NCBI RefSeq assembly: GCF_006345805.1
Contig: NC_043003.1
Span: 81,592,001-81,656,000, forward strand
DNA: 64,000 nucleotides
DNA from: Octopus sinensis
Lineage: Eukaryota
Direction of reading: 5' to 3'
A program made the position numbers and the translations under genes. This document shows positions 52,095 to 63,817 of the stretch, in pieces (positions within the stretch are counted from its first letter, which is position 1; the number at the start of each line of letters is the position of its first letter). The notes beneath the pieces are model-generated. The model was not told the DNA's origin. It searched no databases and was given only the letters and a program-made list of their open reading frames with translations.

Positions 52095-53146
52095 GTGTGT
52101 GTGTGTGTCTGTATGTGTGTATGTATTTGACATACACTTCATAAGAAATACTCCGAGCAACTGTACGGACAGAGCCCAATAGCGCATATTTAGAAAATAA
52201 ACCAACCCACATCATTGAATATACCTTAATTTTAGAAATTTTCTTCGGAACCGAGCCTCCTTGCATCGCATCTCTTAGTTTCACGTTGTTGATTACTCAA
52301 ACTATTGAAGTAGAAAAGCTGTGTGAAACTATAATAAGCCAATGTATTCGTAAGCACATCGAAATATGATTAATCACCCTCTTTCGATTAACTGCCAAAG
52401 AACCGTTAGAAGATACGTCACTCATTTATCCATCCATTTGTCATGGAAGTACAAGTGACGTATAAATATATGCATACATCACTCGTATTTTCACTATCAA
52501 CTTAGCATGTCGTCACTCAAGTGTACAAAGAACAAGAAAGTTAAGAATCTGATAAAAGTTTATGAACTTTTGGGTAAATGAAAGTTTCATACACATTCAC
52601 GCAAACACATACCACACATGCACATATATAAATACACACATATATGCATATATGTGTATATATTAATATTTGTATTTATGTTCAGTTATAAAAACAATAT
52701 TTCGTCTGTCTGATTAGTTACTCTATACTTTTGTAGAGTATAAACATTTTATTCCGAAACTCGAATATTATTGACAGTGATTTCGAAGTTTCGGCTAGCT
52801 TAGCCATAATTGCAATAAAACCCAGGGATGAGAAACACAGTAAAATAGTTTAGCGTTTAAGCTTATAAAATTTATATCTTCTATAGTAGAGGTAAAGATA
52901 GAAGAGGGTTTTTCAGATAAATCCACCTTCATCTGTAGCACACTCTTTCACGCTCTTTCACGCTCTCTTCTCCATTCTTTCTCTATTCCGCAATCACTTA
53001 TGCAAAAACATTAAGATAGACAGTTGACATCTCAAAGATGACATGAAGGACAATTAACTAAAAGAACAGTCTAGAGGATATCGATCTGATGGGTTGAAAG
53101 GATGGCCTTGTTTTATTGAACTATGTCTTCTTGTATTTTCCGTCAG

Positions 53147-53205
53147 TAACTTTCATCACTGAAACTCAGAAACCAGATGTGTTGTTTTCAGATCTTCAGT
53201 GCAAG
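53147..53205 (+). CDS. Candidate 59-nt internal exon, unidentified
   Basis: Acceptor CTTCTTGTATTTTCCGTCAG and donor AAG|GTAACC; reads TFITETQKPDVLFSDLQCK. Confidence 0.25.
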
Positions 53206-54030
53206 GTAACCCAAGCGATACTTTTCCATTCAACCATATCCGAAGACTGGTAAATTAACCTTTTCACAGTTAGAAGGATTTTAATTCGAAACTGTTGGGT
53301 AACATGAATTACCTACTGTAAAATTTGAATATTACGCACGCATTAATATCTAATATAAAGGTTCACCTCCAAGAGGTTTGTGTACTCAGCTCATAATCAT
53401 AACGTCATGGATTCAATTTTTTGAACCGATCACTTAATTTGAAATTGCTCCAGTCTACTTTGGTGAAAATGTGCTGGCGCAGCTCTATGTCCCTCGGCCT
53501 GTTAAATCCACAATCTTCTATCGGTTCCTGGTAGACGTTAAGCATTTTTCCTGACGTGCTAACGATTTACTTTGAAGCAAGGCTTGCTTCAAAGTGAAAA
53601 GAAATACTGAAGAGGCACTCTTATCATCAACATAACATTTTCTAGTAGCGAGAATACCTTTGGAAATTTATTAATTGCACAAAAATCCATAAAAGCAAAG
53701 ATGCAAAAATACAGTAATCGTGAAAAATATAATGAAATTTACTAAGATTTAAGAGTTAATCAACGTTCAACCAGGCTATGATGATTCTACCAATTATAAC
53801 ACTATTCAGACGATATTTTGCTATGTACAGCAATCTATGCCAAGAATTCATTATTACAATCTTTATTGTTTTGATGGTGAGACCAGGGAGGTGTAAAACA
53901 TTAATGAATGCAGAGACACTGTTGGTTTGAACTAAACAATATATGAAAGATCGTTCATTAAAGAAGAACTAGGACACATGGAGCACAATTCTCTCCCAAA
54001 TAATAATGATAATAATTACTTTTACCCAAG

Positions 54031-54160
54031 GTACAAAGCCTAGTCGATTTCATCGACCCCTGTGTATAAATGGTACTTATTTTATGAAAGGATGAAAGTC
54101 AAATTTGACTACGGAGGAATTTGAACTCAGAACGTTAAGCCGAAAGAAATGCCACTAAAT
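54031..54160 (-). mobile_element. SINE family B fragment
   Basis: Contains AAATGGTACTTATTTTATGAAAGGATGAAAGTCAAATTTGAC..GGAATTTGAACTCAGAACGT, the reverse complement of the family B body. Confidence 0.75.
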
Positions 54161-54323
54161 ACTGAATAACAACTGTACTGTTTTGATTTCTCCCGATTTG
54201 AAAATTGAAACTGCTCTCTCTCTCTGTTTTCACTCTCTCTCTCTCTCTCTCTCTCTTTATACGTTTGTATGTGTGTGAAAGCAATGTTTGCCTGTATCAC
54301 TATCTATTTTTCTCTCTTTCTCT

Positions 54324-54374
<51 letters not shown>

Positions 54375-54473
54375 TTACACCAAATTATATATATATTATA
54401 TTGTGTGAAATTTGATTTAGTATTTCTAAATTGAATTTTTTTCCTTGTAAGTTTTGGATTTTATTCCCTCAAG

Positions 54474-54509
<36 letters not shown>

Positions 54510-54512
<3 letters not shown>

Positions 54513-55130
54513 AGAATTCACAAAACAAAAAGACGAAGACAGGTGGTGTAGACAACAAGCAGATGTATTAGTTTAACGCTCGGTAAGTGAAACAGTCTTT
54601 AACGTTTCGAGCCTAAGCTCTTCCACAGAAAGGAACACAGAAAGGAACAAGGAGAGAAAATAATGAATGTGTAGTGGCTAGCGATCTATTATGATAGAGG
54701 GGTCACACAGGTAAACTAGGAAAAAGGAGAGATAATAAAGTAGTGGTGATCCCAAAACGAAGGTGCGCGTGCATGTGTATAAGACAGCATGTATGTACGC
54801 GTGGAAGAGGATTGGTGATCTTGACGTGTGTATGTGTATGTGTGTGGATGATGGTGTGGGGTTGGGAAGTGATCAGTACTAGACAGGTGTTGCAAAGAGT
54901 GACCGGTAGAGCGGAAATGGCATAGAAATAGTGCGAGACCGGGGTGTCATTGCCGAGTCGAATGTCTCGGAGGTGTTCCGCGAACTGGTCAGCCAAGCGG
55001 TGTCCCCTTTGCCCGATGTATAGAGAAAGGCAGGGAGAGCAGAAGTGTTGATGAAGAAATCGGTGATATGATAGGGTGGATAATGGGTGCCGGTGAGGAG
55101 GTTGGTGTTGGAGAGTTAAGGGGAAGGGCG
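54510..55130 (-). mobile_element. Penelope-like retroelement 3' portion: GIY-YIG endonuclease fragment plus terminal repeat with HHR-like motif
   Basis: Minus frame CSPCLSLYIGQRGHRLADQFAEHLRDIRLGNDTPVSHYF matches the C..C...YIG.T...L..R..EH.......S.HF GIY-YIG C-terminal half typical of PLEs. Downstream lies GAAGAGC-TTAG-GCTCGAAACGTT. Confidence 0.85.
54597..54632 (-). ncRNA. Hammerhead-like motif with variant core (CUGUGGA)
   Basis: CUUU-CUGUGGA-A-GAGC-UUAG-GCUC-GAAA-CGU-U-AAAG: stems I and II pair perfectly, but core position A6 is U. Confidence 0.5.
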
Positions 55131-56337
55131 GCAACGTGGGCGGGAGCAGAGGGACGAGCCGAGTTGGGAGGTTGGGTTAGGGAAGAAATATATATATATG
55201 GATATAGAAATTTACATCTTTCGTATGCACTCTATAATACCATCTCCAACACTTCAGTTATTGCTTAGTATCTTTCAAACATCGCTTGAAACCTTTATCG
55301 TTCTAGATCTAAATGTTTCTTTAAAAAGCCTCTATAAAAAAGATGATATCTCACGAAACCCATCAGCTTTCCAGGATGTCACTCACTGTCGACTATTTCT
55401 TTACTGAACACTCTATTACATATACATTTTAACGGGAATAGTAGCGCAAAATCCTAACTCACCTAAAACATTTACTTGCATTGATAATATCTTTCTGAAA
55501 CATCTGACCTCATTCTCAGTCAAGTCTTATGTGTATCTGACTTCAATGTATTCAGATATCTATTTCAATGTCGTATGGCTTTAAAAATAATATATTTTAC
55601 ACCATAAAGTTAAATTTACTTTTTTTCGTTTGTTTGCAATATTTGTTTCATTAGATATTACAGAATTTTTTTTTTATAGTGAAACATTATCTGTTCTATG
55701 AATTTAAAATCTAGATATAATATCACTAACCCTTCAGATTTAATTAAAAGCCATATTTAGTAAGCTGTGTTGTTGAAGTTATCAGCCTTTTACACAGCTT
55801 CTGATTATTAAAGTATCTCCAAGTACAGATACATTTCTAATGTGAAAATAATAAGTTAAATGTTCATCATTGTTCATATTAATTTCCTTCCAATACTTTA
55901 AGATTCATTTCAATCGATGTAATTAAGAAAATTGACACTCCTAAATTAACTGTACCAACAAATTGCTGAACGATAAATGATCGAATAGCTATAATAATTA
56001 GTCAGTGAACCTGTTAGAAAAAAGGCAATAATTAAAGATAAAATTCTGAAAGTTTTATAGATTGAAGAGAACATTATTAAAGGAATTAAACCAATGAAGT
56101 AGTAAAAAAAATTTGAAATGGCTACATGGTTTATAGTTGTTATATGAAAAACACAGATACATTTTGCGTGGAATACGTCATAAAGCAATATATAACTAAT
56201 AACTATTTGTAGTTGGCACTTCTCTTTATTACAAATCGTATAGAAAATTATATGAGCCTTCTAATTATCTAAATACTTTTTTGTGATATATTTTATGCAG
56301 AAGTACTGAATATAGATTTCAAATATTTGTACGAAGC

Positions 56338-56490
56338 TAGCAATTTCGGGGGAGGGGGTAAGTATATTACATTGACCCCAGTGCTCAGTTGGTACTTAGT
56401 TAATCATCCCCAAAAGAATGAATGGTAAAGTCGACCCGGTGGCATTTGAACTCAGAAAGTAAAGAGGGACGAAATGCCGGTTAACATTTT
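56338..56490 (-). mobile_element. SINE family B fragment
   Basis: TTACATTGACCCCAGTGCTCAGTTGGTACTT...AAAGTCGACC..GGCATTTGAACTCAGAA. Confidence 0.8.
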
Positions 56491-58124
56491 GCCCTCGATG
56501 TGACTAATATAGACAACATATTCATAAATGCATCTATATCAAGACATAAAGGACAATAGGCAATTTAATGGGAAGCGCAATACACAAAAGTATTTGTTAG
56601 TTTTGCAAAGACGTAGTATTTCCTATATCGTTTCTATCGAATTTTATTTATCGACGGCCTAAGGTAATATTTTGAACTCAGCATCATGTCAAAAACATAA
56701 ACACACATGTACATATAAACACACATGTACATATAAACACACACACACATGCACGCAGGTACATATACACGTATGGACAGATATACAAACACACACACAC
56801 ATAGATACACGTATGAAAAAATAATACTTATTCGTCTGTTGATGTATGTCACCGAATAAGGAAATACTCAGTAAGCTTCAAGCATATGGTAAATTGAAAC
56901 TGAATGTTTATCTCATGATTTAACTTTTCACGCAGTTGCGATATTCACGTAAGAACTCAGCGGCGTGAAAATTGAGTCTGGAGATAGGTTAAGACGATTT
57001 TATGTCCAGACGACAAAAGTGCCATTTCCCTAAACTGCATGTCAGATTTGGAAAATTATTCATTCGTGAAATTATTTCCTATTTTCATAGGGAGATGGTC
57101 TCATTTGCCATTTTAGTAATCGTTACCCATTTTCTACAGGCGGACAAAAGTTTAGTTAATCAAGAATTTATGTTGTATGGTATCTAACGTACTTTATTTA
57201 CCTAAATTGTACACACACACACATGTGTATATGGTTATATGTGTCTGTGTACGTGTATAAATATATACATTTATAAGAATGATGCTAGAGCGATAAAAAT
57301 TTGAAAATGATAATTTAATATCGAGTAGTTGACATAAATGTGGAGTGTCTTAACGTTTCGACTATAAGTCCTTCCTTCGTATATTGATCCGATCAACAAA
57401 ACAGACCACCTGTGAAATTTACGTGCAAGTGGTAGCATAGACATGCACATTTAAGGTAGTTCTTAAGGAAATTCAGCGTGGCAAAGAATTTGACGGGGCT
57501 AACCATTTGAATTACTGGTAAAACACAATTTAGGCAGCTTAGTGCAAAAAGCAATATAGGTATATATACACACACACATACAGAGGCGCGCACGCATATA
57601 TGCGTATGTATACCAGCTGGAATATTAAAAAATCCCTACGTAAATAATTGAAATGATAATTGTAAAATGTTTGGGGGGAAATGTTATTTCTTGGTTTGAA
57701 AATACTAAATTCTGGTGTCATAATTTTTGAGGTAACATTCTCGTTTATTCGACGTATCCGTGTAGTCGTTTCAAATAGGCCTGTTGACGTTTTGAAATTT
57801 TTTGCCTGCAAATGTTATTAAGCTAGTTGCTCAACATACTTTAAATGTAATAATTGTTTGTCCACATCCACTTGAACCGCCAATTTTCTCAAAAATACGA
57901 AGTGTTTCCTTGCATGAAGTGATAAGTGAATTAAACGATTAGCTTGGCACAATGTATGCGGTAGAAATAAAATAATTTTACAAGCGTTAAAAGTTATCCA
58001 ATTCGTCTCACTCTGCTATATAAAGTGAAATTCATCAAGCACTTAAAACGTTGATGACTAATGATAAAAATAGCCTAACAGCAACATTATCGACATTTCA
58101 GGAATTTTTCGAACCATGTGTTGA

Positions 58125-58155
<31 letters not shown>

Positions 58156-58499
58156 TGACTTCAACTTTGAGCATTATTGTTAATTCAAACGAACATATCG
58201 AGGCCTGAATAAAATTTGTAAAGTATCGTTAATATTCGATGTATCTTTAAAAGCAAAAGATTAAAAAAAATTCTGAACATGTGACGACCATCTTGGTAGT
58301 AACCATTAAAAATTTCTTGAAAGTATAATACGTAACAGAGTCCATAATCTAGGTAATCGGAACGCTTTTCCCGATGCACGACTGTGTTGTTGTTGTTTTT
58401 TTCATTGAGAGAACTTCATTTTTAATTATGTATCCAAGATCTTAAACAATGTTTAGACTTTGTCCATCACTCGCTTTAACACTACTTACTGATCTTTAG

Positions 58500-58640
58500 G
58501 GGCTTTTTGCAAAAATCCAGCGTGTTGCAAGCGTCTGGGCTACTCCAACGCTTCGTGAATAACTTTCTGCCTTCATTCGACAAGCATCTGTGGGTTTTAA
58601 AAGCGGGTCTTTGGAACCGCCTTATTCCTCGTGACAAAAA
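58500..58640 (+). CDS. Candidate 141-nt symmetric exon, unidentified (strand ambiguous)
   Basis: Acceptor TACTGATCTTTAG and donor AAA|GTAATT; reads GFLQKSSVLQASGLLQRFVNNFLPSFDKHLWVLKAGLWNRLIPRDK. The minus strand is also open here, with a perfect GTAAGT donor near 58489. Confidence 0.28.
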
Positions 58641-59036
58641 GTAATTACGTTTGGAATTCTCTTGCATATGCATATGGACATTGGTTAAGACGCCAGCATA
58701 CATAATCGCATACATACATACGCATATCCTCTCCTATACACACATACACACGTATACACACACATACATATTTACATACTTACATATATATGTGTGCGTG
58801 TGTGTGTGTGTGCAAATTCAGTAGGTAAATTCAAAAGAATTTGCTCCCAATGCTGTGCTTTCCGACATGATCAGTGAATTCAGACTTGCTTTTATCACCA
58901 GATCCGCTGCAACCAAATGTGATTTACGCCTGACGTAACAAATATATATGTATATATTTGTTTCTAATTTTATTGTTTGTATTTATCACCAATGGAGAAC
59001 CTAGAAGCTAGATTCTGTAACTAGAATTGAGACGGA

Positions 59037-59191
59037 ATATGCGTGACTGTGTAGTAAGAAACTTGCTTCCCAAGTACTTGGTTCCGAGTTCAATCCCACT
59101 GCATGGCACATTGGGAAAGTGTTTTCTATAGCCGCGGGCCGACCAAAGCCCTATGAGAGGATTTGGTACACGGAAACTGAAAGAAGACCGT

Positions 59192-59230
<39 letters not shown>

Positions 59231-59472
59231 TATATATATATACATACATACATATATGTGTGTGTGTCTTTATGACTATGTTTGTCCCCACTCCATTGCT
59301 TGAGCCAATGTTAGTATGTTTACGTCCCCGTAACTTAGCGGTTCGGTAAAAAGATATCCCATCAAATAAGTACCAGGCTTACAGGGAGTACATCCTGGGG
59401 TAGATTTCTGCGACTAAAATCAGTGCACTATCATGGTCACAGTCGAATGATTGAAACAAGTAAAAGTATAAA
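59037..59472 (+). mobile_element. SINE family A, full length, diverged
   Basis: Consensus blocks around an internal TA tract. Confidence 0.88.
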
Positions 59473-61074
59473 GAAATGTGTGTGTGTGCATTCCAACTGT
59501 GAACATACACACACATACACACATATATGCACGCACACACACATACACATGTATGCATGCGCACATACACACACACACAAATACACGCTTGCACATGCAC
59601 ATGCTTATTTTCTTCATTGATTAAAGTAGAAATTTTCTCCGTGTTGACATCATAAGAATTTATAAACTTCGAAAGAACCTGAAATATTTCTTTGTAGGAA
59701 CGGTGAAACTCGAAGCTAAGAGAGCTATAAGTTGTACTGTGTAGATATTGACTTAAAAACCTTTTGGAAAGGAATAATCGAAAGAGGTTATTATGAGCTT
59801 ACGTTAGTGGATTTTGAAATATGTTAAAAAGAATACGTACTGCAGTATTTTGTACAAACATTATCTAAGTATGCTGATACTACGCAGTGAGTATCTAGCA
59901 AATTGGAAAATAAACTTATATTGCAACCAACAGTGTCAGTAGAGAGAATAATGCCCGTGAAAGGAATATTCATATTTTAAACTAAGTCTTTTGTAGAGAC
60001 TTTTGTTAAAGATATTATTGAAAATATAAAAGTAAAAATAATTTTAATTTTTGAAGTTTAATATTAATATAAAATACATAGTAGTGATCTCGATTGATAT
60101 TACTTTTAAGCTTAATAAATATCTTAGTGTATTTCACGTTATATTTCGAATTTGTAAATTTCTCAGCTTTCGCAGTGTAGCATAGATTGAAATGACATTC
60201 CACTTAAGAAACGTGTTCCTAGAATAGAAACGATAGATTTTTTTTAAGGAGATATAATAATATACACTGATAAATATACATTTTTCTTTCTATGACAGAA
60301 TAGGTTCAAGTGCAATTCAATGATCCTTTTGAGGTACACATGGAAATGAAGGCCGATGATATTGCCTTTTTGTGATTCCATGCATTAGTTAGACCTGTTC
60401 ATATTGAACTACGTTTGAAACACAAAGTGTTTATTGGGGATATTCTTGAATACCGACATAGTTATCACTTATTCATACATAGAAGGGAAAATTTTAATCA
60501 AATTGAATTTGAGTTTTCTCAATAATTGGCTCATTAACTTTTGTATTGATTTTTATCGAAAGATATTCTACCATTTCGTAATTCATGGTAATTTTATGAT
60601 TTCAAAAGGAGAAAAAATATCAAATTAAGTTTTCTAAATACTTCAGAAATGTAGTACCCTTCAGGTCATCTGTAAATATCTGTATTGATGCCATCATGTG
60701 TAATCGATATGAAGAACATTTTGATTATAGTTTGATGGATTCCTTTTCAAATCAATATATGTTAAAGCGACATGATGACGAAAAACTTATACATTATGCA
60801 ACAAGCTACGCTTGTTGAGAGTAGTGTTTATGAGTAATTAAACTGCATATGTAGTTTCCTGCTACAATGTTAAATGTGCGAAGGTATCAATTTAACACCT
60901 GCATACACGTAGCTCATATTTTTTCGTCTCGAAAATAATAAAATGCACAGAATTTGAATAGGAAAGATAGACTGCAGGGCCTAATTTCTGTGGTTTTCTT
61001 CGGTGGTCCATCGCCCCCTAAGCAAATTTTACCTTTCCTAAAAGAAAACTCTCCTCTGCGGCACGTATCATGCA

Positions 61075-61408
61075 ATGAACACTTTTGGTAATTCTACCCC
61101 GTGGCTGGGCATGGTAACTTGTACTATTCTTTCGCGAATTGTTTCAGGTGCCTTGTTATCAAATGCGGAAAGATATCCTCTTGATCTTTCTAACTTAGAC
61201 CTAGCAAACGATCGAGGATGCATGGGATGGGAGAAGAGACAGCAGCACCAGCAGTCAGCTGGTACTTATTTACAGATGATTAAATTGAAGCAACATGAAA
61301 TGAAATGACTTGTTCAGGGACAAAACTTGTTGTCTGGTCCAGGAATTGATCCCAGTTTCTTATGACAGCAAGCTCAATACTGTAACTACTAGGCAACGTA
61401 CCTTCACT
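61075..61408 (-). mobile_element. tRNA-headed SINE (family C-type head and core) with a further tail type
   Basis: Plus strand CAGCTGGTACTTATTTACAG...AGCAACATGAAATGAAATGACTTGTTCAGGGACA...GGTCCAGGAATTGA...TAACTACTAGGC is the reverse complement of the family C head. Confidence 0.7.
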
Positions 61409-62409
61409 TAAAATGTATTATTTATGCAATTACACCTCAGAAAATTACATATAACTTGTTACATATGTTGTTCTATGACGCTCGATTGTTCGATTGATAT
61501 TCATGAAATTTATAAAAATAACCGCTCTTTGGTACATGGTGGTCAAGAATTTACTACCAAATATATTATGTATAAATAACTAGTACATATACAATAACTG
61601 GACGTGATTGGATGTTGAGTGTTTTGTAAAACAGCATTTTCAAGTGCATTAGTTGAAAATGAAATAGTTTCACCATGCACTGCTGCTTTTTATTGGTAAA
61701 AGTATGCAAGTTCAGCTTTCTGCAAAAATATTACCTATATTTAATGTTGACTGAAAATACAGAACCCAGTTCATATTAATTCTTAACAGGTAGACAGCAG
61801 GAAAATAATGTAGTAGAATGAGATAATCCAAAGTGTGTGAATACTCTTTCTCCTTTTTTCACTCTCATCCCATTATTTCAAATTGTAGTCTGTCCACTTC
61901 TCCTTTTCGTCTCTCCCTCGTACTATCGTCTCACCCTTGCCTTTCTCCTTTCCCCCGTCCTTTCTCCCCATATTTTCTCTCTGTCACACTCTCTCCCTTT
62001 CTCACCTGCCTGCTGCTGCTACGTGACCCATAGTCAAGTATTCGTCATTATCTTTTTCTCACTGGCCGCCCAGCGCTTCGATCACAAAAAATTGTCATCT
62101 GTCTTGCTATTTACTGTTGTCTATAGCCTTCAGGATTTTTTCTAAGCGTTACCCACCATAGTTGTCTTTTGGCCGCAAGGTCGAATTTTTCACGATTCCT
62201 CTTTGCCCATCGTTTTAAATTACATTCTTTTACTTTCGTATGTCCACTCTGCGTCGTTTTGTTTGTTTGAGGCCCGATTCTCTACGTCGTTCGCTGGCAC
62301 CGCCAAGATGGGAAGCCCCTAGGTCTCATCATTAAAGGTGCGAAACTGAGTGGTACTATTCTGGTTGATAACGAAAGATGAATTAAGGGAATCCTCTGTG
62401 TCTTATACG

Positions 62410-62631
62410 TAAAAGTGCATATATATATATATGAACTTTTTCATATATATATATATATGTGTACGTGTGTGCGTATGTGTGTCTGCATGCAGTATGTGTG
62501 TATGTGTGCGTGTGTGTATAATATGCACACATATATGTATTATATATATTATGCATATTTAAATATATGTGCATGAATATATATATATATATAATACGTA
62601 TATCATACATATAATATCATATATATTATAC

Positions 62632-62691
<60 letters not shown>

Positions 62692-62785
62692 ATACGTATA
62701 TCATACATACATATAAATATCATATATATTATACATATATATATATATATATGTATGTATGTATGTATATGTGGGAATACACACG
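62410..62785. repeat. (TA)n/(TG)n compound microsatellite
   Basis: Direct inspection; includes the duplicated spacer ATAATACGTATATCATACA. Confidence 0.9.
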
Positions 62786-63184
62786 TACACACACAACACA
62801 GATGTTTATATTTCACTATCCTAGAAATAATAAACTATCACAGCTTGGTTACACCTAATCGTATAGTTTTTGCTAAGTTATATATATGAATATTTGTTTC
62901 TTATTGAACGCCAGGAAAAATTTTCAACCGTTACGAAATAAGAGACACTGTTTTGAGATTTAGGCGTTTATTACGAATGCAGATTATTCCATCATGTAAC
63001 GTACGGGTAGCAACATTCTCGCTTCTGAAATCCCAACCGAACTTTCCCTTATATCTCTGTGTTAAAGCTAATTAAAGAATACATTAATGACTTATACTTT
63101 CACCCACAACTATACCTATGTAAATATGTGTTCTTAAATACTTGAATCCAATGATTCATTTGTGCATATTAATTGATGTGTGAA

Positions 63185-63225
63185 CATATATATATATATA
63201 TATAATATTATATATATAATATATA

Positions 63226-63287
<62 letters not shown>

Positions 63288-63301
63288 ATATATATATATA
63301 T

Positions 63302-63358
<57 letters not shown>
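63185..63358. repeat. (TA)n microsatellite with TAA/TTA phase slips
   Basis: Direct inspection. Confidence 0.95.
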
Positions 63359-63361
<3 letters not shown>

Positions 63362-63550
63362 CGCGTGTGTACCGTTGGCTATTTTTTACCCTCTGTCTTC
63401 CCTTCTCTGGATCTTTCCTTCTCCTGTGTTTCCGACGAAGAGCTCCGCTCGAAACGTTAGACCCTCCTTCTTTCCTGAACGTCCAACAATACTATATTTG
63501 TTCCACGTCCTCGCGTTGTTGTGTTTTTTTTTTGTGCTTTCTGTTTGGAT

Positions 63551-63555
<5 letters not shown>
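63359..63555 (+). mobile_element. Penelope-like terminal repeat fragment with HHR-like motif
   Basis: GTTT-CCGACGA-A-GAGC-TCC-GCTC-GAAA-CGT-T-AGAC at 63428-63462 has the same architecture as 54597-54632 and is embedded between TA runs. Confidence 0.55.
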
Positions 63556-63581
<26 letters not shown>

Positions 63582-63786
63582 GGATATATGGGCACAGGAT
63601 GTCAGAAATCGTACACAACATGAAATACGAAAACAAATGAAAAACAGGACAAGTAACATAAAGAACGACCCTTCACCAGTTGTCGGCTGTCCATCTACTA
63701 ATTCCGAGCATTGAACGACAATATGAGTCTTCGGAGGCAGTTGCTCCCGCAAAAACCAAAATAAAATTCGGGATTTGCGGAGGGTC

Positions 63787-63817
<31 letters not shown>

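Noticed and set aside
56936-57179. Several strong-looking plus-strand acceptor/donor pairs (13-, 25- and 40-nt exons)
   Set aside because: They are too short to evaluate, and such sites are frequent by chance in AT-rich, pyrimidine-tract-rich DNA.
58490-58585. PDACNTLDFCK recalls the saposin-like C..L.FC motif of acyloxyacyl hydrolase
   Set aside because: The resemblance is limited to a few residues from memory, the neighbouring candidate exons do not continue it, and the strand is uncertain. No gene name assigned.
63660-63700. CTGGTGAAGGG on the minus strand resembling another HHR core
   Set aside because: No matching GAAA box or closing stem II was found downstream.
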